A stretch of DNA of 64,000 nt from an uncultured Candidatus Peribacteria bacterium (GCA_964596675.1 CAZQUZ010000003.1:30198-94197); one strand, 5' to 3'. Counted from the stretch's first letter, positions 46,244 through 56,842 are shown. Translations and numbers: made by a program. The notes: a model not told the origin generated them from the letters alone.

Positions 46244-46754
46244 GTGTTTTTTGCTCTTTTTATATTGGTATACAAGAATTTGCTCTTTTTGTATAGTATA
46301 TGAGAGTTTGTATTGGTATTGGTAAGCAGGAAGATCCTCTAAGAAAGGGTTCCTATTATCAGTCAGTCAGGTCTTGTTAAGGGTCATTCTCTTTCGAGAA
46401 GACATAAGCAGTATATCAGATATTTGATTATCTGACGAGATTCTATCTCTTGCATCTCTATGTAAAATACGTCATATATATATTGCATACCGTATTTTCC
46501 CTTTACTGATGAGGATATCATTCATATATAATTTTCGGACACTTATTGAACCATTATTGTATAAAAAATGTATATTTGAGCAGTATCTGTATACATGATA
46601 TCCTAGTATAGATGAAGAAAACGGGACTATATATACAGATTTTTTTCGTATATTTTTTCTTACCCTCTTCTTACTGTCATGAGACCACTATATATAGTGT
46701 TTTATATGCTGATTTCTTTTATATAGAGGCTTACCGATAGATAGAGTCCCTTTT

Positions 46755-47447
46755 CTACCCATGGAGGAGAGCAAAACTCACTACTACCCCTGCTGTCTCG
46801 GTACGGAGAACTCTCTCACCAAAACGAGCAAATATAAAACCATTATCTTTCATTTTTTCACGCTCTTTCGGTGACCAACCACCCTCAGGCCCCACCCAGA
46901 GTGATATCGCTTCATTTTGGGGCATTTCCTGCATTTTTAGAGATATGCCTGTGGTATCGAGAGTGATATGACGCTCGTCAGACTGCGGTACGGGCATATT
47001 CCCGTCGAATACTATCTCTGGCATGATGAGTCCACCACACTGTTCGAGCGCTTCTCGTGCTATACTGATGAGTCGGGACTGTTTCGCATCGGAGATGACG
47101 AGCTTCTGTGAAAAGTCAGATCGGAAAAAGACGAATCTCTGTATCCCGACTTCGACTCCTTTCTGGAGGATATACTCGATTTTTTCGAGCTTATTCGGGA
47201 GCGCCTGATACAGGGTAATGGATTTCTTCGGCTCAGTCGCCGGAAACTGTCGTCCGATACCTCTCAGGGCGATGGATTTCTTCGTGATACTCTCGATGCT
47301 ATAGAGATACTCTGAACTATCCCCATCGAATAATACAATCTCATCTCATACCCCGACTCGCATGACACGAGTGAGCTGATGGACTATATCTGCATCCGTG
47401 AGGGTGAAGTCGATCGTCAGTGGTGATGTGATATAAAAACGCTGCAT
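46755..47447 (-). CDS. rsmE: 16S rRNA (uracil1498-N3)-methyltransferase
   Basis: 230 aa. It begins MQRFYI, has LYQALPNKLEKIEYILQKGVEVG, and ends with the C-terminal motif GPEGGWSPKE. Confidence 0.85.
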
Positions 47448-47448
47448 A

Positions 47449-47976
47449 TTATCTCTGGAGGAGGTGATAGATATCTCGTGGGAGGAGGAGTGTATCGAGG
47501 ACGATACGACCGGCGAGATAGATGAGAAAGAGTGATCCCTGAGCGACTCCGTAGGTGAATCCTGCCATATCTACGAATATATTATCTCCGAGCTTCTGGC
47601 GCTCGAAGTACTGTGTGAGTGGAGACTGAGCGAGAGGGATACCATCCATATCGATAACATACTCTGGCTCTGGATGTGGTTCTTCTGATTTTTTTTGCTC
47701 GCGATCGAGCATACCGATGACATCACTATAGCTCTCGATGGATATCTGCCCGGTGCTAAGAGCTTCTTTGATATCTGATTTTAGAGTGTTTAAGGACTGT
47801 CCCGTCTCGATACGACGACGCAGCTCGAAGATATCGAGCTTTTTCTTCGAGTAGAGTTTTTCTTTCGATTTTTCGAAATCTTCTTTTTTCTTCTCGATGA
47901 CGACAGTCTCAGACTCTTTCGATTCACGGATGCGTTTCCGAGCCTCATCATAGGCTCCTGGATTTTCTCATGGCAT
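47449..47976 (-). CDS. hypothetical protein (175 aa) with C-terminal hydrophobic helix
   Basis: Track ORF 47449-47712 is extended upstream in frame to ATG 47976. The N-terminal half is charged. Confidence 0.5.
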
Positions 47977-48073
47977 AGAGAAATTATAGAGAGATTTTTA
48001 CTTTTTTCAAACTTCAAAAGCCGATAAAAATCTCAAAAACAAGAATTTCGAGGATAACGAGGAAAAATCTTTT

Positions 48074-48103
48074 AAAAAAATATATCCCTAGATAGGGATT
48101 TTC
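48074..48103 (-). terminator. terminator after sufB
   Basis: Palindrome ATCCCTA-GA-TAGGGAT, with a U-run on the minus strand. Confidence 0.5.
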
Positions 48104-48183
48104 TCTCTTCTCTAGAATTCTTATTGAATTGAGAATTCTTTTATATTTTCACATAACAAAGAAAGTCGCAGTTTTTCAGATTT

Positions 48184-49599
48184 TTAAAGCCCCTCCATTT
48201 CCATACCGATGAGTATATTCATCTCTGCAGCATACTCGAGGGGGAGCTCTTTCATGAGTGGAGAGACGAATCCTCTGACGATAAGTGTCTTTGCCTCATC
48301 TTCTGGGATACCATGCGACTCCAGATAAAAGAGCACATCCTCATGAATCTTCCCGACACTCGCCTCATGCGCGACGAGCGCATCATCAGTCGCGACACGG
48401 ATATCCGGGATGGTATCTGAGCGAGAGATACTATCGAGGATGAGTCCATCACAGTCGATCTTCGCGACAGCACCGGTGGCAGATTTTTTGATATCGAGAA
48501 GTCCTCTATAAGTAGAGATACCTCAGGCTTTCGAGAGGCTCTTCGAGACGACTTCACTCGCGGTGTTTTTCCCGATATGGATGACTTTCGCACCGGTATC
48601 AGTATTTTGTCCTGCATTTGCGAATGCGATACCGAAATGGAGCGCTCTCGAATCATCTCACTTTAGAACTGAGCATGGATAGAGCATCGTGACTCATGAG
48701 CCGAGATTGCCACCGACCCATTCGATAGAGCCTCATGTCTCGACGATAGCTCGCTTGGTATTGAGATTATAGGTGTCGATAGACCAGTTTTCGACCGATG
48801 AATATCGCATCTTCGCATGAGCTCCGACATATATCTCCACACATCCTGCATGGAGGCTCGATGTCCCATACTTCGGTGCACTACAGCCCTCGATATAGTG
48901 AGCCTCGGCCTCATCCTCGATGATGATAAGTGTATGCTCGAACTGACCTCCTGCCTTTACATTCATACGGAAATATGCCTGCAGCGGGTCTGCTATCTTT
49001 ACTCAGCGTGGTATATAGAGAAATGTCCCACCACTCCAGACCGCACCGTGAAGTGCTGCGAACATATGATCTCACATCGGCACCGCTCGCATAAAGTGAC
49101 TTTTTACGAGAGCCTCATGGTCTCTGATAGCGACTGACATATCCTCGAAGATGACTCATTGCTCTTTGAGCTCTTCACGGAGATTATGATAGACGACTTC
49201 ACTGTCATACTGAGCTCAGACTCAGGCGAGCATAGCACGCTCTGCCTCTGGTATACCAAGTCGGTCGAAGGTATTTTTTATCGCTTCTGGGACATCATCC
49301 CATGACTTCGCATCACCTCATCCCTCTGCTTTCGCAAAATAGTATATACTTTCGAGGTCAAGTGCTTCGAGCGAAGGTCACCACGTCGGCTTCGAAAAAG
49401 TACGATATTTTTCGAGAGATTTCAGTCGATGTGTGAGCATCCACTCTGGTTCTTCATTCGATAGAGATATCTGGCGCACGACCGACTCATCGAGTCATGC
49501 CTTGGCCATCTGAGCATAGACGACACTATCACTCCCATCGAGTGTCTCGCGAGATATATCTCAGAAAGCATGGATGTCATCCTTATCCTGTGTAGTCAT
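48184..49599 (-). CDS. sufB: Fe-S cluster assembly protein SufB
   Basis: 471 aa with [11 protein letters not shown] and [20 protein letters not shown]. It has many in-frame TGA codons. Confidence 0.92.
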
Positions 49600-49632
49600 A
49601 ATTGAGAGTAGATTTTACAAGTCTCCATGTTT

Positions 49633-49998
49633 CTGTCATTCTGGGCTTGTCCCAGAATCTAGAAAAATAACATTTATAGTACTAATTCATCATATAAATC
49701 CTTCCAATCTGGGTTATTTTCTTCTATTGTATTGATTTTATATTCTCTTTTCCAGTTTTTAATTCTTTTTTCGGCACTTAATGCCTCATTTATATCTGAG
49801 AAGTTCTCATACCATACGAGCATTTTTACAGTATACTTCTTCGTAAATCCATCAACCAATCATTCTCTATGTTCATACATTCTACGCATTAGATTATTCG
49901 TAACTCAGACATAGAGAGTTCCATTTCTTTTTGATGCAAGTATGTAAACAGAATAGGTATTCATAGTGACTGGATTCTGGCATACGCCAGAATGACAG
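49633..49998 (-). mobile_element. GIY-YIG nuclease cassette bounded by hairpin-forming terminal inverted repeats
   Basis: Left end CTGTCATTCTGGGCTTGTCCCAGAATCTAG (49633-49662). Right end CTGGATTCTGGCATACGCCAGAATGACAG (49970-49998). The two are reverse complements of one another in their outer parts (CTGTCATTCTGG / CCAGAATGACAG), and each forms its own hairpin. The cassette sits in the sufC-sufB spacer. Confidence 0.5.
49674..49964 (-). CDS. GIY-YIG nuclease superfamily protein (UPF0213/COG2827-like, 96 aa)
   Basis: MNTYSVYILASKRNGTLYVGVTNNLMRRMYEHREG..., with two in-frame TGA codons. This is the track ORF 49674-49859 extended to ATG 49964. Confidence 0.85.
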
Positions 49999-50013
49999 AA
50001 AAAAATCCATATA

Positions 50014-50742
50014 CTAAAATCCATTTTGTCTGACGTCTTCTATCATCTCATGTCAGCCATGGCGATCTATTTGTCAAGACTTCATAATGATCACACTATC
50101 AACCTTTATGGAGTCGAGAAGATGAAAATTATGCGAAATAATAATGATTAACTTCGACATACTTCGCCACTTTTCGATGTGTCTGGCGAGCATCTCTATC
50201 GCACCGATATCGAGTCCTGCATCGATCTCATCGAGACATACGACGCTCGGATCGAGCAGTGCTATCTGGAGCATCTCGATGCGACGCTTCTCCCCTCCAG
50301 AAAATCCTACATACAGATCTCTATCGAGGAACTTCGCATCGATACCATATTCTGGGAGGAGCTTCTCCACCATACGGCGGAATACGAATGGTGTCGGCGG
50401 CTTCTCGGTCGGATGAGTGAGTATAAAATGATGGTTATAGATAGTGCGGAGATACTCTATGAGGCGTATCCCTGGTATCTCTGGTACACTCTGAAATGAG
50501 AGAAACATACCCTTTCTGGCTAGAGCATCTGGTGAGAGTCCAGTGAGAGACTCACCATCTAGGAGCATATCTCCAGTGAGCGTATATCTCGGATGATGAA
50601 AGAGCGCGAATGAGAGGGATGACTTCCCACTCCCATTCTCCCCGAGGAGTGCATAGGTCTGGCCTGGAGCGAATGTATAGGAGATATCATGGATAATCTC
50701 CTTTTCTCCTACCGTGACGGATATGTGGTCGAGTACTAACAT
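50014..50742 (-). CDS. sufC: Fe-S cluster assembly ATPase SufC
   Basis: 242 aa with Walker A GENGSGKSS, FSGGEKRR and LDEIDAGLD. The start is ATG 50742, which is internal to track ORF 50074-50922. It reads through TGA 50074-50076 to TAG at 50014-50016. Confidence 0.9.
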
Positions 50743-50792
50743 GCGCACATGATAAGGATAGGAAGCGGAAATGCAAAACTTTTTTACGCACC

Positions 50793-50817
50793 AAAAACCC
50801 CTCCAAAAAGGAGGGGT
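50793..50817 (-). terminator. terminator after the S-layer gene
   Basis: Stem CCCCTCC / GGAGGGG with loop AAAAA, and a U-run on the minus strand. Confidence 0.7.
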
Positions 50818-50857
50818 AAATGGGAATCTATCAGAAAGTAGTATCTCGTAAGAGAAA

Positions 50858-53755
50858 TTACTTAGTGAATGTTGCGCTAGCACCAACAGTACCAACGTAT
50901 GATTCAGTATCAGCAGCACCACCTACAGAGTAGTGAAGCTTCTTAAGAGCAACCTGAAGCTGTCCACCTGTAGGAAGGAGGTTAGCAGACTCGATGTATA
51001 CTTCGAATTCGACGTATCCACCGTTCTTATCAGCAGTCATATTAGTCGTAAGACCAGTGATAGCGATAGTCTTATCGAGACCAGCTACAGAGCCAGACGC
51101 AGTAGAGACACCTATACCACCGAATGTATTACTACTTCCGAGATTACGGAGGTATGCAGAAGCTGCATAAGTAGTATTACCAGGAAGAGCTGTCTTGAAG
51201 TCGAATGTAGCACCTGTAATAGTGATACCAGTGTTTGAGTCAGGGTTAGTGACACGAACCTTGAAGACATTCTCATTAACAGTAGTCACGAGAACTGTAG
51301 GAGCTACAGTACCAAGAATATAACTATTCGTAGTAGCAGAACCTGTAGGAGTGACAGCTGAAGAGTTTGAATCACGAACTACAGAGACTGCTGTATTTGG
51401 TATAGTACCAAGTGCAAGAGTGCGTCCGTAGTAAGTATCTATAGATGATACACCGAGGAGTACCTTATAGTTCTTAGTCACATCCTTAGCAATAGTATCA
51501 TTCATACTAGAGAATGTAATAGTGTTTCCAGAGATAGTGACGGTAGCAGAAACTTCGAGACCAGTAGCGACGTCTACGAGCTTAGCGCTAGAAGTAGAGT
51601 TTGCGATAGTCTGGATAGTAGCTACTGGAGCTCCTGAAAGAGTACCAGTAAGAGTAATAGCCTGTACGCGAGCCACCTCATTACGAGATGTGACAGCGAA
51701 GCGACCGATTTCTTGCTCAGCAGAAGAGTAGATACGAGTCGTAGACGGAGCTGCGACAGTAGCTGTCTTCACTTCTACCTCAGAAGTATTTACAGTAGTC
51801 TTATCACCTGTAAGGTTTGAACCAGCACCAAGACTAGAGATAGAGTTGTTGCTAGAATCACGTACCTCAGTAAGAGCTATAGTGAATTGGAATGCTGAAG
51901 GAGCAATAGCTGCATTATTCTTTGTAGAACCTTCGATAGTAAGGACTGCTGGGTTAGCAGCGTCTACTACGAATGATACTGTCTTCGCCTGAGCACCTAC
52001 GAGAGATGTAAGAGTAGCGATTTCAGAACCGTTAAGTTTTACAGTAAGCTGATCATTTACGAATGCTGTAATACCAGTACCAACAATGGCAGCTGGAGTA
52101 ATCGTAAGAGTACGTACAGACACAGGAGTAGATGAAGAGAGTTTACCAGCAAAAAGCTTAACATTGTTCTCACCTGGAGCGATAGTCACATTACCAGTAC
52201 TAGTCTTAGCAAATGTGAATTCTACAGAACCAAATGGAACTGTAATAGTAGAAGTACCGACAGATACCTGAGTAGAGTAACCAGTAGTTGTCTCTATAGC
52301 ATTGATATCAGTAGTAGCATCGATCTTGATACCCATACTTGAGCTATTCGCATCGATAAGGATATCAGCCTTAAGTTCATAAGTCTGAGTATTACCAGCA
52401 GCGAGTACATCAGAAAGACCAGTTACTGAGAGTTTCTCAGAAGTCAGAGTGACAGTACCGACAGCGACACCATTCTTATATACCTTAGCATTCTGGAGTC
52501 TCTTCGTGAAGTCAGTAGAACCGCTTCGTGTAAGAGTAAATCCAGTTACCTTAGTCTCACGTCCACCAGCAGATACATCGAGCTTACCAAAAAGCTGTTG
52601 AGTCTTACCAGCAGTCACAGTACCACCTGCAGTAGCGAGGCTCGCAGTAGTAGTAGCAGTAACGTAAGATGTAGTATTGAGAAGACCGAGAGTCACAGGA
52701 GAACCTGAAACAGTAGTATTACTAGCGTTTACAGAATCAAGAGTGAACTGGTGTTGGCTATTCTCAGCACCTGAAAGGTTTACGAGGATATCTACAGTCT
52801 GAGATGCACCAGCCTTGACGACGAGAGCAGGAGAGAAGTAGACAGTAGCCTTCTGAGAAGTAGAGTTGTAGTAGTCAGCAGTAGATGATACGACGACACC
52901 ATTCTGAGCGGCACGGATACCGTTAGAAGAAGTAATATCAGAAGCATTACCAAGACCAGAGCGAGAAACTACGAGAGACTGTACAGTCACATCAGTAGTA
53001 CCAGCAGTGAGCTTAACTGCACCAACCTTTACAGAAGACGCATTCTTAGGAACGTACTGTGCCATAGCCTGACCATCGAGAGCGACAGTAAGATTACCAG
53101 TGACAGTAGTAGTACCTGTAGAAGTAGTACCTGTAGAAGTAGGAGGAGTAGTAGGAGTAGTGTCTACATCGAGACCTGCACATACGACAGCAACCTTAAA
53201 TGCTTCACCACGAGATGATGATGCATTTGGGCGGAAGTATGAAGAGTCAGATACACATCCGATCTCATTAGCACGGTTAATGTATGATGCAAGATCACCA
53301 AGACCTGTAAGGTCCATGTAACCAGCGTCTACATCAGAACCAGTCTCACCGAGAGCACCGAGGATCATTTTGACCATCTCAGCACGAGTGATATTAGCAG
53401 TAGGACGGAAAGTAGCAGAAGCAGTAGAAACGACACCTGCATCAGCAAGAGCCTCTACGTATCCACAAAGATCTCCGAGACCAGCACCAACATCAGAGAA
53501 CACATCACCAGAACATGCCGTAGCCTCGATACCACCGAGGTTAGCGACTACCTTTGCGATTTCCGCGCGGGTAATATTGTTACCGAGACGGTATCCAGCT
53601 TCAGATGACTGAGCTGAGATAACGCTGTTATCAGCAAGTACTTCAGCGTAAGGAAGAAACTCAGAAGCAGCAGCCACAAGTGAAGCACTTGCAGAAACGG
53701 CTACGAGAGTAGCTACCCCAACAACAGAAGTAAGCTTCGTAAGGAAGTTACTCAT
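50858..53755 (-). CDS. S-layer / surface protein with N-terminal SLH domains (965 aa)
   Basis: Signal peptide MSNFLTKLTSVVGVATLVAVSASA. It has three SLH-like repeats (e.g. FSDVGAGLGDLCGYVEALADAGVV...ITRAEMVKMI), followed by a long Thr/Ser/Val/Ala-rich beta-type region. It contains no TGA. I prefer ATG 53755 to the track start at 53833. Confidence 0.8.
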   Translation of the reverse strand: MSNFLTKLTSVVGVATLVAVSASASLVAAASEFLPYAEVLADNSVISAQSSEAGYRLGNNITRAEIAKVVANLGGIEATACSGDVFSDVGAGLGDLCGYVEALADAGVVSTASATFRPTANITRAEMVKMILGALGETGSDVDAGYMDLTGLGDLASYINRANEIGCVSDSSYFRPNASSSRGEAFKVAVVCAGLDVDTTPTTPPTSTGTTSTGTTTVTGNLTVALDGQAMAQYVPKNASSVKVGAVKLTAGTTDVTVQSLVVSRSGLGNASDITSSNGIRAAQNGVVVSSTADYYNSTSQKATVYFSPALVVKAGASQTVDILVNLSGAENSQHQFTLDSVNASNTTVSGSPVTLGLLNTTSYVTATTTASLATAGGTVTAGKTQQLFGKLDVSAGGRETKVTGFTLTRSGSTDFTKRLQNAKVYKNGVAVGTVTLTSEKLSVTGLSDVLAAGNTQTYELKADILIDANSSSMGIKIDATTDINAIETTTGYSTQVSVGTSTITVPFGSVEFTFAKTSTGNVTIAPGENNVKLFAGKLSSSTPVSVRTLTITPAAIVGTGITAFVNDQLTVKLNGSEIATLTSLVGAQAKTVSFVVDAANPAVLTIEGSTKNNAAIAPSAFQFTIALTEVRDSSNNSISSLGAGSNLTGDKTTVNTSEVEVKTATVAAPSTTRIYSSAEQEIGRFAVTSRNEVARVQAITLTGTLSGAPVATIQTIANSTSSAKLVDVATGLEVSATVTISGNTITFSSMNDTIAKDVTKNYKVLLGVSSIDTYYGRTLALGTIPNTAVSVVRDSNSSAVTPTGSATTNSYILGTVAPTVLVTTVNENVFKVRVTNPDSNTGITITGATFDFKTALPGNTTYAASAYLRNLGSSNTFGGIGVSTASGSVAGLDKTIAITGLTTNMTADKNGGYVEFEVYIESANLLPTGGQLQVALKKLHYSVGGAADTESYVGTVGASATFTK

Positions 53756-53940
53756 AAATATATATGGGTAAAAGAATAAAAAATGCGGATATCTCCGCGG
53801 AGCGGGAACAGGATAATCATGGTCAGTGATCACCCGAGGGTGATAATTTCTGGTCAGGAAATTATCGCCTTTCTCCTTTTAACGGGAGAGAGGTTAAAGC
53901 TTTAACCTCAAGTTATTTGCATAACGAGAGGATTTGGTAT

Positions 53941-54013
53941 CCGTCATTCCTGCGAAGGCAGGAATCCAGGGTTTCTGGATTTTCTGGATTCTGGGATAAA
54001 CCCAGAATGACAG
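53941..54013. repeat. solo (cargo-less) pair of the GIY-YIG-cassette inverted repeats
   Basis: CCGTCATTCCTGCGAAGGCAGGAATCCAG (53941-53969) and CTGGATTCTGGGATAAACCCAGAATGACAG (53984-54013) are separated by only 14 nt. They have the same architecture as the ends at 49633 and 49998. Confidence 0.6.
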
Positions 54014-54450
54014 AAACGTAGCAACCAAATCCTCCCCTTATACAGTGATAGCCGAGGCGACCAAAGCAGGGAAAATGATGTTAAAGAACATCCACGAGAA
54101 CAGACAGTACTCGCAAAATACGCGCTCATAATATGAAAACAGGGGTATAAAGTCAAATCAAATGCTCTCTCTTCACATTATTTTCACCACCAAAAATCAT
54201 AGTACGATGAAGAAAAAAATATGCAAGTATTGTTTTTTCTCATCCAGAAAAGAAAAATACAGGAAAACCAGAAAATATATTTCATTTTCAAAAAAAAGCA
54301 CTACAATAGCTCTGTCATTCGGAAAAACATGTGAAACTAGTGTAAAAGCAAAGCGTAAAAGCCAACGAAAATCAAATATAACACCAAAAATACTTCCCAT
54401 CCAAGAGATACAAGCATCCGAATGATGTTTCTATCACTCATTCTTATTTT

Positions 54451-55965
54451 ATGTTTATCAATATTCTTCTCACTCTCATCGCTGGATGAGTTTTTGGTGG
54501 TGGTATCGTGTACCTGATGGCGGAGAAAAAAAATAAAGCCTCTGCCGGAGTCCTTATAAAAGAAGCTGAGGAAAAGGCAAAACACATCATCACTCGTGCT
54601 GAAGAAACTCGTGAGAATATTCGCCGCGAAGCTGAAGAGACAAAAAATGATATCAAAGAGCGTAAAGATCAACTCATTACATCAGAGGAGCGCCTCATCG
54701 AGAAAGAAAAACGCATCGATACGAAGTCTGAAGAAATCGACCAGAAAAAAGAAGATCTCGAAAATATCGAAAAAACTCTCGAGCAAAAACTCACTCAAGC
54801 AGATATGAAAGCTCGTGAACTCGAATGAAAGCTCGAAGCCATGGCGAAACTCTCTCAGGAAGAGGCAAAAGAGCAACTCATGAAGCTCACCGAAGAGCGC
54901 TATGAGAAAGACCTCGTGGGACTCCTCGAAAAAAAGAAAAAAGACCTCAAGTCTCGTGAAGCAGAAATCTCTAAAGAAATCCTCATAAAAAGCATACAGC
55001 AATATGCCTGAGAGGTGACTGGTGAGACGACACAGACACTCGTCACACTCGAAAGTGACGATATCAAATGAAAACTTATCGGAAAAGAGGGTCGAAATAT
55101 CATCGCATTCGAAAAGGCTACGGGGGTATCACTCATCATCGATGATGCTCCGGATACCGTATTTCTCTCGAGCTTCGATCTCTTTCGACGATATATCGCG
55201 AAAAAATCTCTCGAAGACCTCATCGAAGATAAGCGTATCCAGCCAGCTCGTATCGAGGAAATCGTTGAGAAAAATCAGCAAGAAGCGGACAAACTCATCA
55301 CCGACCTCGGTCGTAAAACCGTAGAAGAAATGGGTATCATCGGTATCCCAGATGAGATACTCCCACTCATCGGAAAGTTCCGATTCCGTACGAGCTACGG
55401 ACAAAATATCCTCATGCACTCGAAAGAAGTCGCCTATATCGCTGAGGCTATCGCGAAGCTCATCGGTGCAGATCCGGTCCTCGCCCTGAAGTGAGGGCTT
55501 CTCCATGACCTCGGAAAGGCTATGGACCATGATATCGAAGGGACACACCCTGAGATCGGTGGACGTATCGCCCGAAAGTACGGTCTCGATGAAAAAATCG
55601 TGAATATCATCGAATGACACCATGATGATGTCCCGATGATATGCCTCGAGACGAAGATCGTACAGATAGCTGATGCGATATCTGCAGTCCGTCCAGGGGC
55701 TCGCCGCATGAATGTAGAGGACTACATAAAGCGTATCCAAGAAATGGAAAACATCGCTATGGGGTTTTCTGGTGTGAGTAAAGCATATGCTCTGTCGGCT
55801 GGACGAGAGATACGAGTATTCGTCGATGCAGATAATGTAAACGATCTCAGTGCGGGTAAAATGGCACAAGAAATAGCTGCCCAGATAGAAGCAAACTGTA
55901 ATTATCCTGGTGAAATAAAAGTCATCGTCTTCCGTGAAAAACGTATCGTCGAATATGCAAAATAA
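54451..55965 (+). CDS. rny: ribonuclease Y
   Basis: 504 aa. It has an N-terminal TM helix, a Lys/Glu coiled coil, a KH domain ([11 protein letters not shown]), and an HD domain ([13 protein letters not shown]). Confidence 0.9.
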
Positions 55966-56044
55966 TATAAGTGAATCTTATGTAGTTTTTATATAGATAT
56001 TATTCATCCTATTCCCATTCACATTTATCTTTTAATAAAACAGA

Positions 56045-56842
56045 ATGTATCCTACTTTCGAAATCTTTGGTGTGACAATGTATACATTTTGAGTGATTAT
56101 GGCGTGTACTTGGATTTTATTTTTTATATTACTTCATCGTTTTTCCCTACGTAGAGGTATTATAAAACCTATTTTTAATGATATAGTTCCCTTTACTCTT
56201 GCTATATTTTTCTTCTCACGAACTTTCCATATAGCATCAGACTGGCTCAATGAGAAATTTATATTTATGGAGCTTCTGTCTGGTAATATTTTTTCATTTT
56301 TGCATCTGTTTTTTATACCACAGCGTTATACATTCTCACTTTTTGGAGCATTTTTTGGATTTATAGTTATATTTTTTATAAAAACACACGCTCAAAAAAA
56401 AGACCGATCGAGATATATCGATGCTATTATGTATGCCTTTCTTTTTTCGAGCCTCCTATGATATATCGCAGCCTTGTTCGGTGGGCAAATCTATGGAACA
56501 CCATTCTCATCTCCCATATCTATCACCTACACTCATGTAGATAGTATCGTAAAGGATCGAGCCTCCCTCTTTCCTCTAGCGATATTTTATCTCTTTGCTA
56601 CGATAGGTATTATTTTATCTCTTCTTCGATTTGAGCGGAAAAATATACTTCCCCATGGATTTATAGGCTATGTCGGGATGGGTGCGTATGGGATACTCCT
56701 CTTTTTTTGAGAATTTTTAAGCGGCGGAAGAAAAGATATTTTTTATGACTATTTTAGTCTAGGGATCAATCAAATTGGAGCCATCATCTGTATCCTTATA
56801 GCGATATCATGAATACTTCGTCTTATACAAAAAAGGGTATAA
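56045..56842 (+). CDS. lgt: prolipoprotein diacylglyceryl transferase-like membrane protein
   Basis: 265 aa and polytopic. The pattern GGQIYG ... P.A.FY ... GYVGMGAYGILLFFGEF parallels Lgt family motifs. It joins track ORFs 56093-56461 and 56474-56710. Confidence 0.55.

Noticed and set aside
50743-50922. Track extension of sufC (60 extra aa) overlapping the 3' end of the S-layer gene and its terminator. Similarly, the 26-aa extension of the S-layer ORF (53756-53833).
   Set aside because: The conserved N-termini begin at ATG 50742 (MLVLDHISV) and ATG 53755 (the MSNFLTKL signal peptide). The extensions cross a terminator or have no signal-peptide logic.
53944-54156. A 70-aa minus-strand ORF ending ...HSGFIPESRKSRNPGFLPSQE.
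   Set aside because: It is a translation of the hairpin inverted repeats (53941-54013), the typical artefactual peptide of such repeats.
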